Shown piece after piece: positions 10,983 to 20,229 of a stretch of 64,000 nt of DNA. The notes under the pieces were generated by a model. The model worked only from the letters and a program-made list of their open reading frames with translations, made no database searches and was not told where the DNA came from. Origin of the DNA: an uncultured virus (IMG/VR IMGVR_UViG_2684623151_000005) (Duplodnaviria; Heunggongvirae; Uroviricota; Caudoviricetes); IMG/VR virus record IMGVR_UViG_2684623151_000005; one strand, given 5' to 3'. Position numbers and translations under genes: made by a program. Numbering within the stretch: position 1 is the first letter of the stretch; every line of letters begins with the position of its first letter.

Positions 10983-11183
10983 TTATTTATTATTATTATC
11001 TTTTTTATAATTTTTGTATTCTCTTATAGCCCATAACAAATAAGATAAAGATAAACACCCATTTGCAATAGTACATATATAATTAGAATCCAACAGATAA
11101 CATAAAGCAGTTAAAAAAAATGCAATACAAGCTATTGTTACAGCTATAAAATTTTTCTTATGTTTATTCAAAATAAAGCACAT
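10983..11183 (-). CDS. Small two-TM membrane protein
   Basis: 66 aa with two hydrophobic segments. Confidence 0.55.
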   Translation of the reverse strand: MCFILNKHKKNFIAVTIACIAFFLTALCYLLDSNYICTIANGCLSLSYLLWAIREYKNYKKDNNNK

Positions 11184-11207
11184 CCTTAAAAGTAATATTT
11201 CTTACCC

Positions 11208-11624
11208 CTATAACCATCTTATTATAGGCTCTCCCTCGTACCCCTTCTCAAATACAAACCAAGCCAACAGAAAAACACTACTCCATTTCTTGCCTGTAAG
11301 TGGATTTATTTCTTCTCCATTCTTTAAAGTATTTTGTCTTTCACTAAATACATACACATACTTTAAATGTGAGTGCTTTAAAAATTCTTTCCTCGACTTA
11401 CTTTCTAAAAATTGTATCTTCAATAACATTGCAACTTTATCATTTGTCAATTCTAAAGATTTTTGCACAAATTCTTTAGCATATTTAAAAGGTGGATTGG
11501 TTATAATTAAATCATACTTTTTATCATACACTTTTGTCAAGTAATCAATATTACCTTCACAATAGCCTCTATCTATTAAATCAGTTGCCTCTATCTTTGC
11601 ATTAGGATAGTATTCTTTCAGAAC
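11208..11624 (-). pseudogene. 5'-truncated N6-adenine DNA methyltransferase
   Basis: IITNPPFK motif. The frame extends upstream (VLKEYYPNAKIEATDLIDRGY) to a TAG at 11625-11627; no SAM-binding motif I is present. Confidence 0.75.
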
Positions 11625-11722
11625 CTAAATAACTTTTAAGGTTTTTAATAAGCCTTTACATTTATTGAAATAATCCTCTTTGATGCTATAATTAGCTTAG
11701 TATTAATAATAGGAGGTTTTTT

Positions 11723-13042
11723 ATGGATATTAACTTACAAACATTAAAATCAATTTCTTCACTATTAACACAAAAATTATACTCAATAGATGTAGATGAA
11801 ATATTAATTACTCTTTATTTAAATCCCGATAAAGAAATTAAACATATAGTAAACTATTTTGAAAAAATAATTATTATAGCAAAATCATATCCTGAAAAAT
11901 TAGATAGTGCTTTAATTGAATTTATAGCAAAAATGAAACTTGAATTTAAAAATAATCCTTCAGCACTTAAACAATACTATAAATTTTTGTATAAAAGTAT
12001 AAATTATTTAAATGGTACTTATGTAAAAATTACAGATTGTTACTTTTCATTAGCCATAGAAGTTTTAAGCCAATTAAGTAATAACGGAGATATTATTTCA
12101 GCATTTAACAATGATAAACCAATCTTTCTTCCTGAAGTATATCCTGGATTATTTAAAATTGTAAATCAATACACTAATGAGAATTTATTAAAAGATAATT
12201 TATTAAAAATAGGTAGAAAATATGGTTACAATAGATTTAATATAACAGATTTATTAGAAAGAGATAGAATACTAAGCAATCAAAGATATATAATGGCAGG
12301 AGTATTAGATGAAAGTGATTTAGATTTATACCCTAATAGAGATGAAATACAAATAACTAATATAAAACCTGATACAAGAGTTTGGATGAATACAGAATAC
12401 TATGTAGAACTCTTAAAAAAGAGAAACTATAAATTACCCAAAGATGGTGTATTATGTAGGTTTAATAATTTTGGATGTATAAAATCCATATTCTTTAAAG
12501 AAAAAATGTTCTTTGATAAAATTGTCCTAATATTTCAAATTACCAATCTTAATGACGAAAAATCAATTGGTCTATATATTCCAATTGATGATATATATAT
12601 AGATATTTATATTTCTCATTCTAATACAAATCCTTATAATTATAAGAATTCTGTTTTGGAAGTCTATACGCATTTAACAACTAACATTGAAATAACCAAC
12701 AAGAAAATGTCAGCTATACATATTAGTGATAGTTTAACTGACATTAAAGGTTCTTATTATTTAAATCAACCTATAATGCAAGTATTAAAACCTATAAAAG
12801 AAGATAATATAACTTATGTATATAAAGACAATAACAAAAGAAAATTTAAAGTATATGATAAATCAAATTATATAGAGATAATAAAAGATATAGCTCCATT
12901 TATAAGAAAGCTCCCTGAAGGATTTACTGCTTCAGAAGAGGCTAAATTAAATGCCCTTAAATATGGATATGAATTAAAAGATGGCGAAACCTTTGTGAAA
13001 CCATTCGAAAAGAAAGTGAAAGAAAAGTATTCAATTAAATAA
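11723..13042 (+). CDS. Hypothetical protein
   Basis: 439-aa ORF with RBS AGGAGG and its own promoter-like TTGAAA-N17-TATAAT. Confidence 0.85.
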   Translation: MDINLQTLKSISSLLTQKLYSIDVDEILITLYLNPDKEIKHIVNYFEKIIIIAKSYPEKLDSALIEFIAKMKLEFKNNPSALKQYYKFLYKSINYLNGTYVKITDCYFSLAIEVLSQLSNNGDIISAFNNDKPIFLPEVYPGLFKIVNQYTNENLLKDNLLKIGRKYGYNRFNITDLLERDRILSNQRYIMAGVLDESDLDLYPNRDEIQITNIKPDTRVWMNTEYYVELLKKRNYKLPKDGVLCRFNNFGCIKSIFFKEKMFFDKIVLIFQITNLNDEKSIGLYIPIDDIYIDIYISHSNTNPYNYKNSVLEVYTHLTTNIEITNKKMSAIHISDSLTDIKGSYYLNQPIMQVLKPIKEDNITYVYKDNNKRKFKVYDKSNYIEIIKDIAPFIRKLPEGFTASEEAKLNALKYGYELKDGETFVKPFEKKVKEKYSIK

Positions 13043-13062
13043 TAATGTATTATGCAATTAAA

Positions 13063-13109
13063 ATAAGAAATAGTCAGACTACTTTTAAAGTAATCTGACT
13101 ATTTCTTAT
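13063..13109. terminator. Bidirectional terminator
   Basis: 16-bp inverted repeat ATAAGAAATAGTCAGA...TCTGACTATTTCTTAT between convergent genes. Confidence 0.8.
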
Positions 13110-15289
13110 AATAAATTCGAGATTATATAGTCAACATCATATAAAGTTATACAAGTTTGTTCTTTAATCTCATCTTCAGATGAATTTACAACAGGCATAT
13201 CTTCTTTATCAACAAGGAATAACGTATCAGCTTCTAATTTATCCTCAACTAAATTCATTCCTCTCGCATCTGCATGTAATTTAGCTAAATCATACATATT
13301 AGGCTTACTATGATTGATAATACCTTTTAATCCATTGATTAATCCTATTTTATTAGTATTTGCATTATTAGGGAAATATGGTGCTGATTCAGAACTTAAA
13401 TCACATATTATTATTTCTCTATTTTCAACATCTATTATAACAGAGTTATTGAAGTCACCTTTTGTACTCAAATCAGTTCTATGTTTAACTGTACTTGGCT
13501 CAAACACTTTTCCATCATTGACACCAGTTCTCTCCATATAGCCAAAGAAACATTCTTCTAAATCACTAAATGGCTTATTTGAAAAGTTATATACTGATAC
13601 TAAAACGTACTTAACTTTCTTATTTAAGGCACTTTCTAAATCAATATCAATATATTCACTTGCTCCGTTAGCACCATCAATAATATCTCCTGAATGACAA
13701 GCATTTAGCCCCCTGTTTCTCATATCATAATATGCAATAGTTCCAATTTCTTTAAAATCTTCTGTTAAGAAATATGCTGATAAATCTATATCATCATGAT
13801 TTTTCCAATAGACAAATGCTCTTATAAAGTTAACATCTTCTGCTATTTTAAATTTACTTCCTCTTGCAACATTTTTTAAACTCTTTGAAGCATTTCTTTG
13901 AGATGTAGGCACTACAAAATCTTTTAATCTATCATCTATATATACATTACCAAGCATTTCTTTAGCACTATATAGACCTCTTAAGTGCTTTTGACATACA
14001 AACACAATAGTATCACAGACTTTCTTTTCTAATACCTCTATATTTTCATCAATAACATAAGCTTTTGCTAAATTACCTTTAGGGAAGAATACTCTAACAT
14101 CATTTTCGGAGCTTCTCTTTTTAAAGTAACTCATTAATTGAAGTAATATAGGTGTTGAAACTAAGTTAGCAACTTTATCAAAAGCTTTTACTACATTTAA
14201 TCTATTGTCTAACTGAACTTTCAAATCATCTGCCTTAACAAGTCTTACAGTTCTATCTAAAGCTCTTGCAAACTCACCTGGTCTTTTAGATAATAAATTT
14301 ACAACTTCTGTTACATTCCCTTCTTCAAACATCTTTTCAAGTTTACTTTTGAATGTAGGGATTTTTTTATTTTTTATAAGCTTATCGTAAGCATTATTAA
14401 CCTTTTTACATTTTTTAAAGTTTCCTGGATGTAATCTATTTAAAGCTTTTAGCCATAATGTTCTATTTCTAAACATATCAGCCTCTATAGATGAACAGCC
14501 CTCAAGTAATTGAACAAGACATTTTCTTTCTCTTGTTTTCATAGGTCTTAACCATTTTACCTCTGAACTATCTATAGCAGAACTATACCCATTCATAACT
14601 AATATAAGTCTTAATACATCAGTAGCAGTTTTATAATAATTAGCTATCTTTGTATTAAATCCAACTTTATTTATAATAAATGGTGTTATAAAACTTAAAG
14701 TTTCTTTTATAACAATTTCATTAGGTAATAGATTAACGATTTGTTTTTTTGTCATATTATCAACAAACCATACTAAATCCTCTTTATCATGATTAGATAA
14801 TACAGCTTTAGAACTAAGAAGCTCATTATATATATTAAATAAATCTTCTTCTGTTCCTAAGTCTATTATTGTTAACTTCTTATCTTTGCTACTTATTAAT
14901 GGAAATCTTTCTTCTTCTTTATATTCAGGCAATATAGAACCACATGAAATATAATGCACCATAGCATTAATGAATAACTCTATATAATCAGCCTCCATAA
15001 CTTGCTTTGGAAAGTTTGGGTACATAGGCTTCATTTGAGAAATTATACCCTCTCCAACTTGAAGCTTTATAGTTTCCTTCAAATCTAAATAGAATTTAAC
15101 TAAATCTTCTGTTGACTTATTTTTTAGAGCTTCAATAAGTTCTTCTGAAAAAGTATATCCATATTCCTCTATATTTTTTAATATAGTTGCAACATAAATA
15201 ACACTTTTTTCTTTATCTTTAGTCTCTACTAATTTTTCTACAGAAACTTTATTTTTTCTGTTTATGTATATGTCTAACATTTTATTCAT
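13106..15289 (-). CDS. Large alpha-helical protein with C-terminal TerD-like domain
   Basis: C-terminal WKNHDDIDLSA...HSGDI...GASEYIDID...VYNF TerD-type motifs; N-terminal PMYPNFP, TATDVLR, LHPG and RPGEFARALD motifs. Confidence 0.8.
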   Translation of the reverse strand: MNKMLDIYINRKNKVSVEKLVETKDKEKSVIYVATILKNIEEYGYTFSEELIEALKNKSTEDLVKFYLDLKETIKLQVGEGIISQMKPMYPNFPKQVMEADYIELFINAMVHYISCGSILPEYKEEERFPLISSKDKKLTIIDLGTEEDLFNIYNELLSSKAVLSNHDKEDLVWFVDNMTKKQIVNLLPNEIVIKETLSFITPFIINKVGFNTKIANYYKTATDVLRLILVMNGYSSAIDSSEVKWLRPMKTRERKCLVQLLEGCSSIEADMFRNRTLWLKALNRLHPGNFKKCKKVNNAYDKLIKNKKIPTFKSKLEKMFEEGNVTEVVNLLSKRPGEFARALDRTVRLVKADDLKVQLDNRLNVVKAFDKVANLVSTPILLQLMSYFKKRSSENDVRVFFPKGNLAKAYVIDENIEVLEKKVCDTIVFVCQKHLRGLYSAKEMLGNVYIDDRLKDFVVPTSQRNASKSLKNVARGSKFKIAEDVNFIRAFVYWKNHDDIDLSAYFLTEDFKEIGTIAYYDMRNRGLNACHSGDIIDGANGASEYIDIDLESALNKKVKYVLVSVYNFSNKPFSDLEECFFGYMERTGVNDGKVFEPSTVKHRTDLSTKGDFNNSVIIDVENREIIICDLSSESAPYFPNNANTNKIGLINGLKGIINHSKPNMYDLAKLHADARGMNLVEDKLEADTLFLVDKEDMPVVNSSEDEIKEQTCITLYDVDYIISNLL

Positions 15290-15326
15290 ACAAATACCTC
15301 ACTCTCAAGCAATATTTCATAATTAT

Positions 15327-15354
15327 ATTCTAAATCTTTTTTGACTTTTGTCAA
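15327..15354 (-). promoter_or_regulatory. Promoter/operator of the TerD-domain gene
   Basis: TTGACA-N16-TAGAAT on the minus strand, inside palindrome TTGACTTTTGTCAA (15341-15354). Confidence 0.7.
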
Positions 15355-15366
15355 CTAATTTTATAC

Positions 15367-15400
15367 AAAAAAAGAGGTTGTGCTAAGACAAACCTCTTCT
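15367..15400 (-). terminator. Terminator after the 125-aa ORF
   Basis: AAGAGGTT...AACCTCTT hairpin with a minus-strand U tail. Confidence 0.7.
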
Positions 15401-15460
15401 TAATTTTAAATACTTTACTAATCACAATATGAAAGGAGAACAACAAATAAAATTATAATA

Positions 15461-15838
15461 TCAATTTACACATTTGTCAATTAAAAATAATTTATCTAAA
15501 TTTTCTCGATACTCTAATAAATCTTCATATTTTTTATCCAGTTTCTCTACTTCCATATCATGCATATTTTTTAACATTTGTTCTTTATCTATATTTTTTT
15601 GTAATTCAAATAGCCTATAATATAAATTTTCTTTTACTTTTAATTCTTCTTTTGCACATTCACAATTACATCTATATGCTTGACACACATAGCCATCATT
15701 CAAAATATAATAATCATTTTCAACATCACTATTACAATAAATACATTTATCATACATTCTTGTTTTATAAGTAGTTGAACTAAATAGTTCCTGTATTGTA
15801 ATATTATTTCTTAAATCTAACATCTTTTTCACCTTCAC
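15461..15838 (-). CDS. Hypothetical Cys-rich (possible zinc-binding) protein
   Basis: CIYC...CNCEC motifs; start may be ATG 15823. Confidence 0.7.
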   Translation of the reverse strand: MKVKKMLDLRNNITIQELFSSTTYKTRMYDKCIYCNSDVENDYYILNDGYVCQAYRCNCECAKEELKVKENLYYRLFELQKNIDKEQMLKNMHDMEVEKLDKKYEDLLEYRENLDKLFLIDKCVN

Positions 15839-15859
15839 CTCAAAGCAAAATTAAAAATC

Positions 15860-15898
15860 AAAAAAAGCAACCTCTTATGAGATTAAGTAAGAGGTTGC
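15860..15898 (-). terminator. Rho-independent terminator of the ncRNA array
   Basis: 11-bp stem GCAACCTCTTA/TAAGAGGTTGC followed by U7 on the minus strand only. Confidence 0.85.
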
Positions 15899-15953
15899 CG
15901 AAACAAAAAAGTTATAAATGGATGTAATATGATAAATATATCTAAAGATTAAT

Positions 15954-16474
15954 ATTAGAAATCTATAATGCTAAAGCCCCAATTTTATATCATAACATTC
16001 TTTTCATTATTAATAGAAGGAAGCATTATATATACTGCTAATTTTTAGTTTTAGAAATCATACATACTAATTCTTAGTATAACATTTTCCGTAAATTTAA
16101 AATTATAGAAGGAAGTATGTATAAACATACGTTTGCTAAAACTCCTAAAGATATATTTATAATTTTAATATTTAAAATCTGATATCAATAATACTAAGCC
16201 CCTTGTATGTATTAAACAAAAATATTGTTCTATTAATTTAGAAGGAAGTATTATTTATTTTGGTGTTTTTATGCAGATTTAAAATATAAATGTAAAAACC
16301 AAAAATAAAAAGCTATTTAAAAGTTTAAATTAAGATAAAAGGGATTTAACTCTTTATAATTTAGTTTTTCTTTTTGACCTTAGAAATCCTAAGCACTAAC
16401 AGAAATAAGATTTATATCAAAACCAACTAATACATACTTAGAAGGAAGTACTTAGTAAAAATGCTAAGGTCAAG
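15954..16474 (-). ncRNA. Array of four structured RNA units (about 15954-16042, 16047-16143, 16168-16287, 16372-16474)
   Basis: Each unit has an outer stem, GAWATC, a 9-bp inner stem with compensatory changes, a variable loop and invariant TAGAAGGAAG (+ strand 16014, 16106, 16239, 16439). There is no ORF, and the array is bracketed by a promoter and terminator. Confidence 0.8.
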
Positions 16475-16659
16475 AGTCTACATTTAGTAGTAGAACATAT
16501 CATAGATATTTATTTTATTATAGACTTATAATTTAATAATATAACAAAAATTGACGATAAGTAAAACCATATGTAAAGGAAAGTTAGTGGAATTAACACG
16601 ACATTTTTTATATTAATTATAATTACAACTAAGTTCAAAAGAACCTGTCTACATTATTT

Positions 16660-16688
16660 ATTATATTTTCTAATTTGACTTTTGTCAA
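16660..16688 (-). promoter_or_regulatory. Consensus sigma-A promoter driving the ncRNA array
   Basis: TTGACA-AAAGTCAAATTAGAAAA(17)-TATAAT; the -35 box lies within palindrome TTGACTTTTGTCAA. Confidence 0.85.
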
Positions 16689-16705
16689 TATATTTTTTGA
16701 ATTAT

Positions 16706-17260
16706 TTACTGTTGAGTTACATATGACTCAATATCAACAAGTTTCTCATAAGCTATATTTCTTTCATCATTTATTCTAAATTTAGATATATTCATTCCTT
16801 TAAAGTTTTCAGCAACTTTAATCTTTCTACTTACAGCCTTAATACATATGTTTTTATTGTTAAGCTTTTTTAGAAACTCTTTAGCTTTATCATCGTTTGA
16901 AAATAAAAAAGCAACCAATTCTTTAGCATTCGTAATTTTGTTATCTGCAATTGATAATACATATTTATTCTTTGTTTTATCCCATAATGAGTATATTCTC
17001 TTTTCATAAAAAAACTCATTATAAAATTTAAAAGTTTCTTTTCTTATATCATTTTTACTATATATCTCATACACTCTACCCTTTCTACCATTTGAAAGCT
17101 CCACCTTAATTCCCTTTTCATTATCTTCTTTACTCAATATTTTTTTAACATATCCTCTTCTTATAGGTGCTTCATCGCCTAATTTCTTCTCTTTATCATC
17201 TATGATACCAACATATAATCCAATTACTATATTTTTTATTTTTCTTTCATCTAAAAACAT
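16706..17260 (-). CDS. YwbE/DUF2196-like domain protein
   Basis: RGYVKKILSK...GIKVELSNGRKGRV N-terminal motif; RBS GGAGGTG. Confidence 0.65.
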   Translation of the reverse strand: MFLDERKIKNIVIGLYVGIIDDKEKKLGDEAPIRRGYVKKILSKEDNEKGIKVELSNGRKGRVYEIYSKNDIRKETFKFYNEFFYEKRIYSLWDKTKNKYVLSIADNKITNAKELVAFLFSNDDKAKEFLKKLNNKNICIKAVSRKIKVAENFKGMNISKFRINDERNIAYEKLVDIESYVTQQ

Positions 17261-17477
17261 GCCTCAACACCTCCATTTTAAAATAAGCATGTATAATAAA
17301 TACTTTATTATACACACTTTATAGTATTTATATTTAACATTATGTACTTGATTGTAAAAAACTAACTCTATTAAGTATAAAAAAAGAAGGATGTATATCC
17401 TTCTTAATAATAAAAATTACGTTGAATTAAACTTTACAATATCCATTAAACACTACTACTTATAATTAACTTAAACT

Positions 17478-18515
17478 TTAGTCTATTTTTAGTGAAAAAG
17501 TTTCAGCCTCTTTACAAGTTTTAGGTATAACCTTTGATTTTAATGGATTATTCAAAAATACACAATAACCTAAAGAAGTAACATTATCAGGAACTATTAC
17601 TGTTTCTAATTTATTGTATGCAAAGGCGAAATCTTCTATATCTTTTAAGTTACTACCAAGTTTTATTGATGTAAGTTTATTTTTTTGAAATGCACTACTA
17701 CCAATTTCTACAACACTATCAGGAATAATTACTGATTCTAATTGATTTTCATTAAAAGAGAATTTTCCTATTTTTTTTACATTACAGCCTAATTTTATTG
17801 AGGAAAGTTTATTTTTAAAAAATGAATTACCACCAATTTCAGTAACACTATCAGGTATTGTAATTTCAGTTAATTGGTTAAATGCAAAAGCATTATCTCC
17901 AATAAATTTTAAAGTATTAGGCAATTTTACTGATGTTAATTTACCCATTGATGGTTTAGTCATGAAACTATCAGGTGATTTTGGTACAAATGCCATAGGA
18001 GCAATAACTGTTACCTCTTTTCCATTAATATAAGAAGGAATTTCGATGTCAGTTTTATTTCCGTGATAACCTGTTATCATAACTTTACCTTTGAATTTTC
18101 TTAAATTTTCTATAGGTGCTTTTAAACGAGCAATAGCTTCAGGTGGTGGAGCAAATGGACCAGATTTTTTACTTGTCTTTTCATCTATTTTTTTTAGTTC
18201 ACCATTTATGTAATTATCATCTATAATAACATAATCAAAATCAGATAAGTCAGATGGATTTTCTACACTATGTTTAGCTTCTTGAACTTGCGAAGAAGAA
18301 TCTGTAGATATATTATTACTAAATGAATTATCATCCATAGTTTTACCTGCATTAATCATATTGTTATTATTTGAATTAGCAACATCTTTTCCCTTCCATA
18401 CTAATTTAGATGTTAGGAAAGCCCCTGTAGCTATTATAAGACCTGCTACTATTAAAGTTTCTATACTTACATAACCTTTACTATGTAATAAGTTCTCTAT
18501 TTTAAATTTTTTCAT
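17478..18515 (-). CDS. Prepilin-signal BspA-type leucine-rich repeat protein (paralog 1)
   Basis: KG|YVSIETLIVAGLIIATG N-terminus and LTSI.IPDSV..IG..AF repeats. Confidence 0.88.
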   Translation of the reverse strand: MKKFKIENLLHSKGYVSIETLIVAGLIIATGAFLTSKLVWKGKDVANSNNNNMINAGKTMDDNSFSNNISTDSSSQVQEAKHSVENPSDLSDFDYVIIDDNYINGELKKIDEKTSKKSGPFAPPPEAIARLKAPIENLRKFKGKVMITGYHGNKTDIEIPSYINGKEVTVIAPMAFVPKSPDSFMTKPSMGKLTSVKLPNTLKFIGDNAFAFNQLTEITIPDSVTEIGGNSFFKNKLSSIKLGCNVKKIGKFSFNENQLESVIIPDSVVEIGSSAFQKNKLTSIKLGSNLKDIEDFAFAYNKLETVIVPDNVTSLGYCVFLNNPLKSKVIPKTCKEAETFSLKID

Positions 18516-18730
18516 ATAAAGTTCCTTTCTATAATTTTATTTTTATACTATATAATAGAAAATGGTATTCTGTTTTATAACAGTTTTTACTTAATAAAGT
18601 TTCAGCCATACAAATACTTAGGTAATATAAAAAAAATAAAGAAGAGTAATAAAAAAGAAGAGGGTAATCCTCTTCTTTTAAAGTTTATATTAAAGTCATC
18701 ATTTATTTATGCACTTTTGGCGTAGAAAGT

Positions 18731-20038
18731 TTAGCTTCTTCGCAATTTTTTGGTATGATTTTTTTTCTTTAATGGATTTTCTGCAAATGCACTATCACTT
18801 AAATCAGTAACACTATCTGGAACTATTACTGACTCTAATTTATTGTCTGAAAAAGCGAAGTCTCCTATTCTTTTTAAATTACTACCTAATTTTATCGATT
18901 TAAGTTTATTACTACTAAATGCAAATTCATCAATTTCTGTAACACTATCAGGAACAGTTGCTAATTCTAATTGATTTTCGTTAAAAGCACATGTTCCTAT
19001 TCTTTTTAAATTACTACCTAATTTTATTGATTTAAGATTATTATTACTAAATACACCGTCATTAATTTCTATAACACTATCAGGAGTAGTTACTGATTCT
19101 AATTTATTCTTTGAAAAAGCCCATGGTCCTATTATTTTTAAATTACTACCCAAATTTATTGATGTAAGGTTATTATTTTGAAATGCATTAGAACCAATTT
19201 CTACAACACCATCAGGAATAATTACTGATTTTAATTTATTGTCTGAAAAAGTAAATGGTTCTATTCTTATCAAATTATCACTCAATTTTATTGATGTAAG
19301 TTTATTATTACTAAATGCCTTAAAACCAATTTCTACAACACTATCAGGTATTGTAATTTCAGTTAATTGGTTAAATTCAAAAGCATCATCTCCAATAAAT
19401 TTTAAAGTATTAGGCAATTTTACTGATGTTAATTTACCTTTTGGTGGTTCAGGTATGTAATTTTTTTCTTTTAATTCTGATGGTTTAGGTGGTTTTGGTG
19501 CAAATGCCATAGGAGCAATAACTGTTACCTCTTTTCCGTCAATATAAGAAGGAATTTCTATATCAGATTTATTTCCATGATAACCTGTTATTATAATTCC
19601 ACCATTAAATTCTTTTAATTTTTGTATAGGAGCTTTCATATAATTGATAACTTCAGGTGGTGGAGCAGGTATATCAGAAGGTCTATTATTTATTTTTTCG
19701 TCTATTTTTTTTAGTTCACCATTTATGTAATTATCATCTATAATAGCATAATCAAAATCAGATAAGTCAGATGGATTTTCTACACTATGTTTAGCTTCTT
19801 GAACTTGCGAAGAAGAATCTGTAGGCATATTACTACTAAATGAATTATCATCCATAGTTTTACTTGCATTAATCATATTTTTATTATTTGAATTAGCGAC
19901 ATCTTTTCCCTTCCATACTAATTTAGATGTTAGGAAAGCCCCTGTAGCTATTATAAGCCCTGCTACTATTAAAGCTTCTATACTAACGTAACCTTTACTA
20001 TGTAATATACTTTGTATTTTATTTTTTTTCATACACAA
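18731..20038 (-). CDS. Prepilin-signal BspA-type LRR protein (paralog 2)
   Basis: Same N-terminus with more LRR repeats; C-terminal frameshift in an A8 run. Confidence 0.88.
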   Translation of the reverse strand: MCMKKNKIQSILHSKGYVSIEALIVAGLIIATGAFLTSKLVWKGKDVANSNNKNMINASKTMDDNSFSSNMPTDSSSQVQEAKHSVENPSDLSDFDYAIIDDNYINGELKKIDEKINNRPSDIPAPPPEVINYMKAPIQKLKEFNGGIIITGYHGNKSDIEIPSYIDGKEVTVIAPMAFAPKPPKPSELKEKNYIPEPPKGKLTSVKLPNTLKFIGDDAFEFNQLTEITIPDSVVEIGFKAFSNNKLTSIKLSDNLIRIEPFTFSDNKLKSVIIPDGVVEIGSNAFQNNNLTSINLGSNLKIIGPWAFSKNKLESVTTPDSVIEINDGVFSNNNLKSIKLGSNLKRIGTCAFNENQLELATVPDSVTEIDEFAFSSNKLKSIKLGSNLKRIGDFAFSDNKLESVIVPDSVTDLSDSAFAENPLKKKNHTKKLRRS

Positions 20039-20229
20039 ATCCTTTCTACAAATCTACAAAATTTTATTTTTAATAAATTATAGATTTAAATTATTCATTC
20101 AATAACATAATTCAATCGTAAAAAGTTATACTAATAACTTTTATATTAAAACATTATAAAAGTAAAGCAAATAAATATATATTATAATAAAAGGATTAAT
20201 TACTTAATACTTAAAAGGAGGAAATATCT

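Noticed and set aside
15954..16474. CRISPR array or tRNA cluster
   Set aside because: There are no identical 25-45-bp direct repeats, no cas genes and no cloverleaf or TTCGA motifs. Only a 10-nt motif and the structure are conserved.
15954..16474. Plus-strand CsrB-like GGA sponge or a set of RBSs
   Set aside because: No ORFs follow the AGAAGGAAG motifs, and the promoter and U-tailed terminator point to the minus strand. G-U evidence alone is ambiguous, so this is not fully excluded.
17478..20038. Shufflon or diversity-generating retroelement acting on the LRR genes
   Set aside because: No recombinase, inverted cassettes, reverse transcriptase or TR/VR pair is visible; the similarity is explained by gene duplication.
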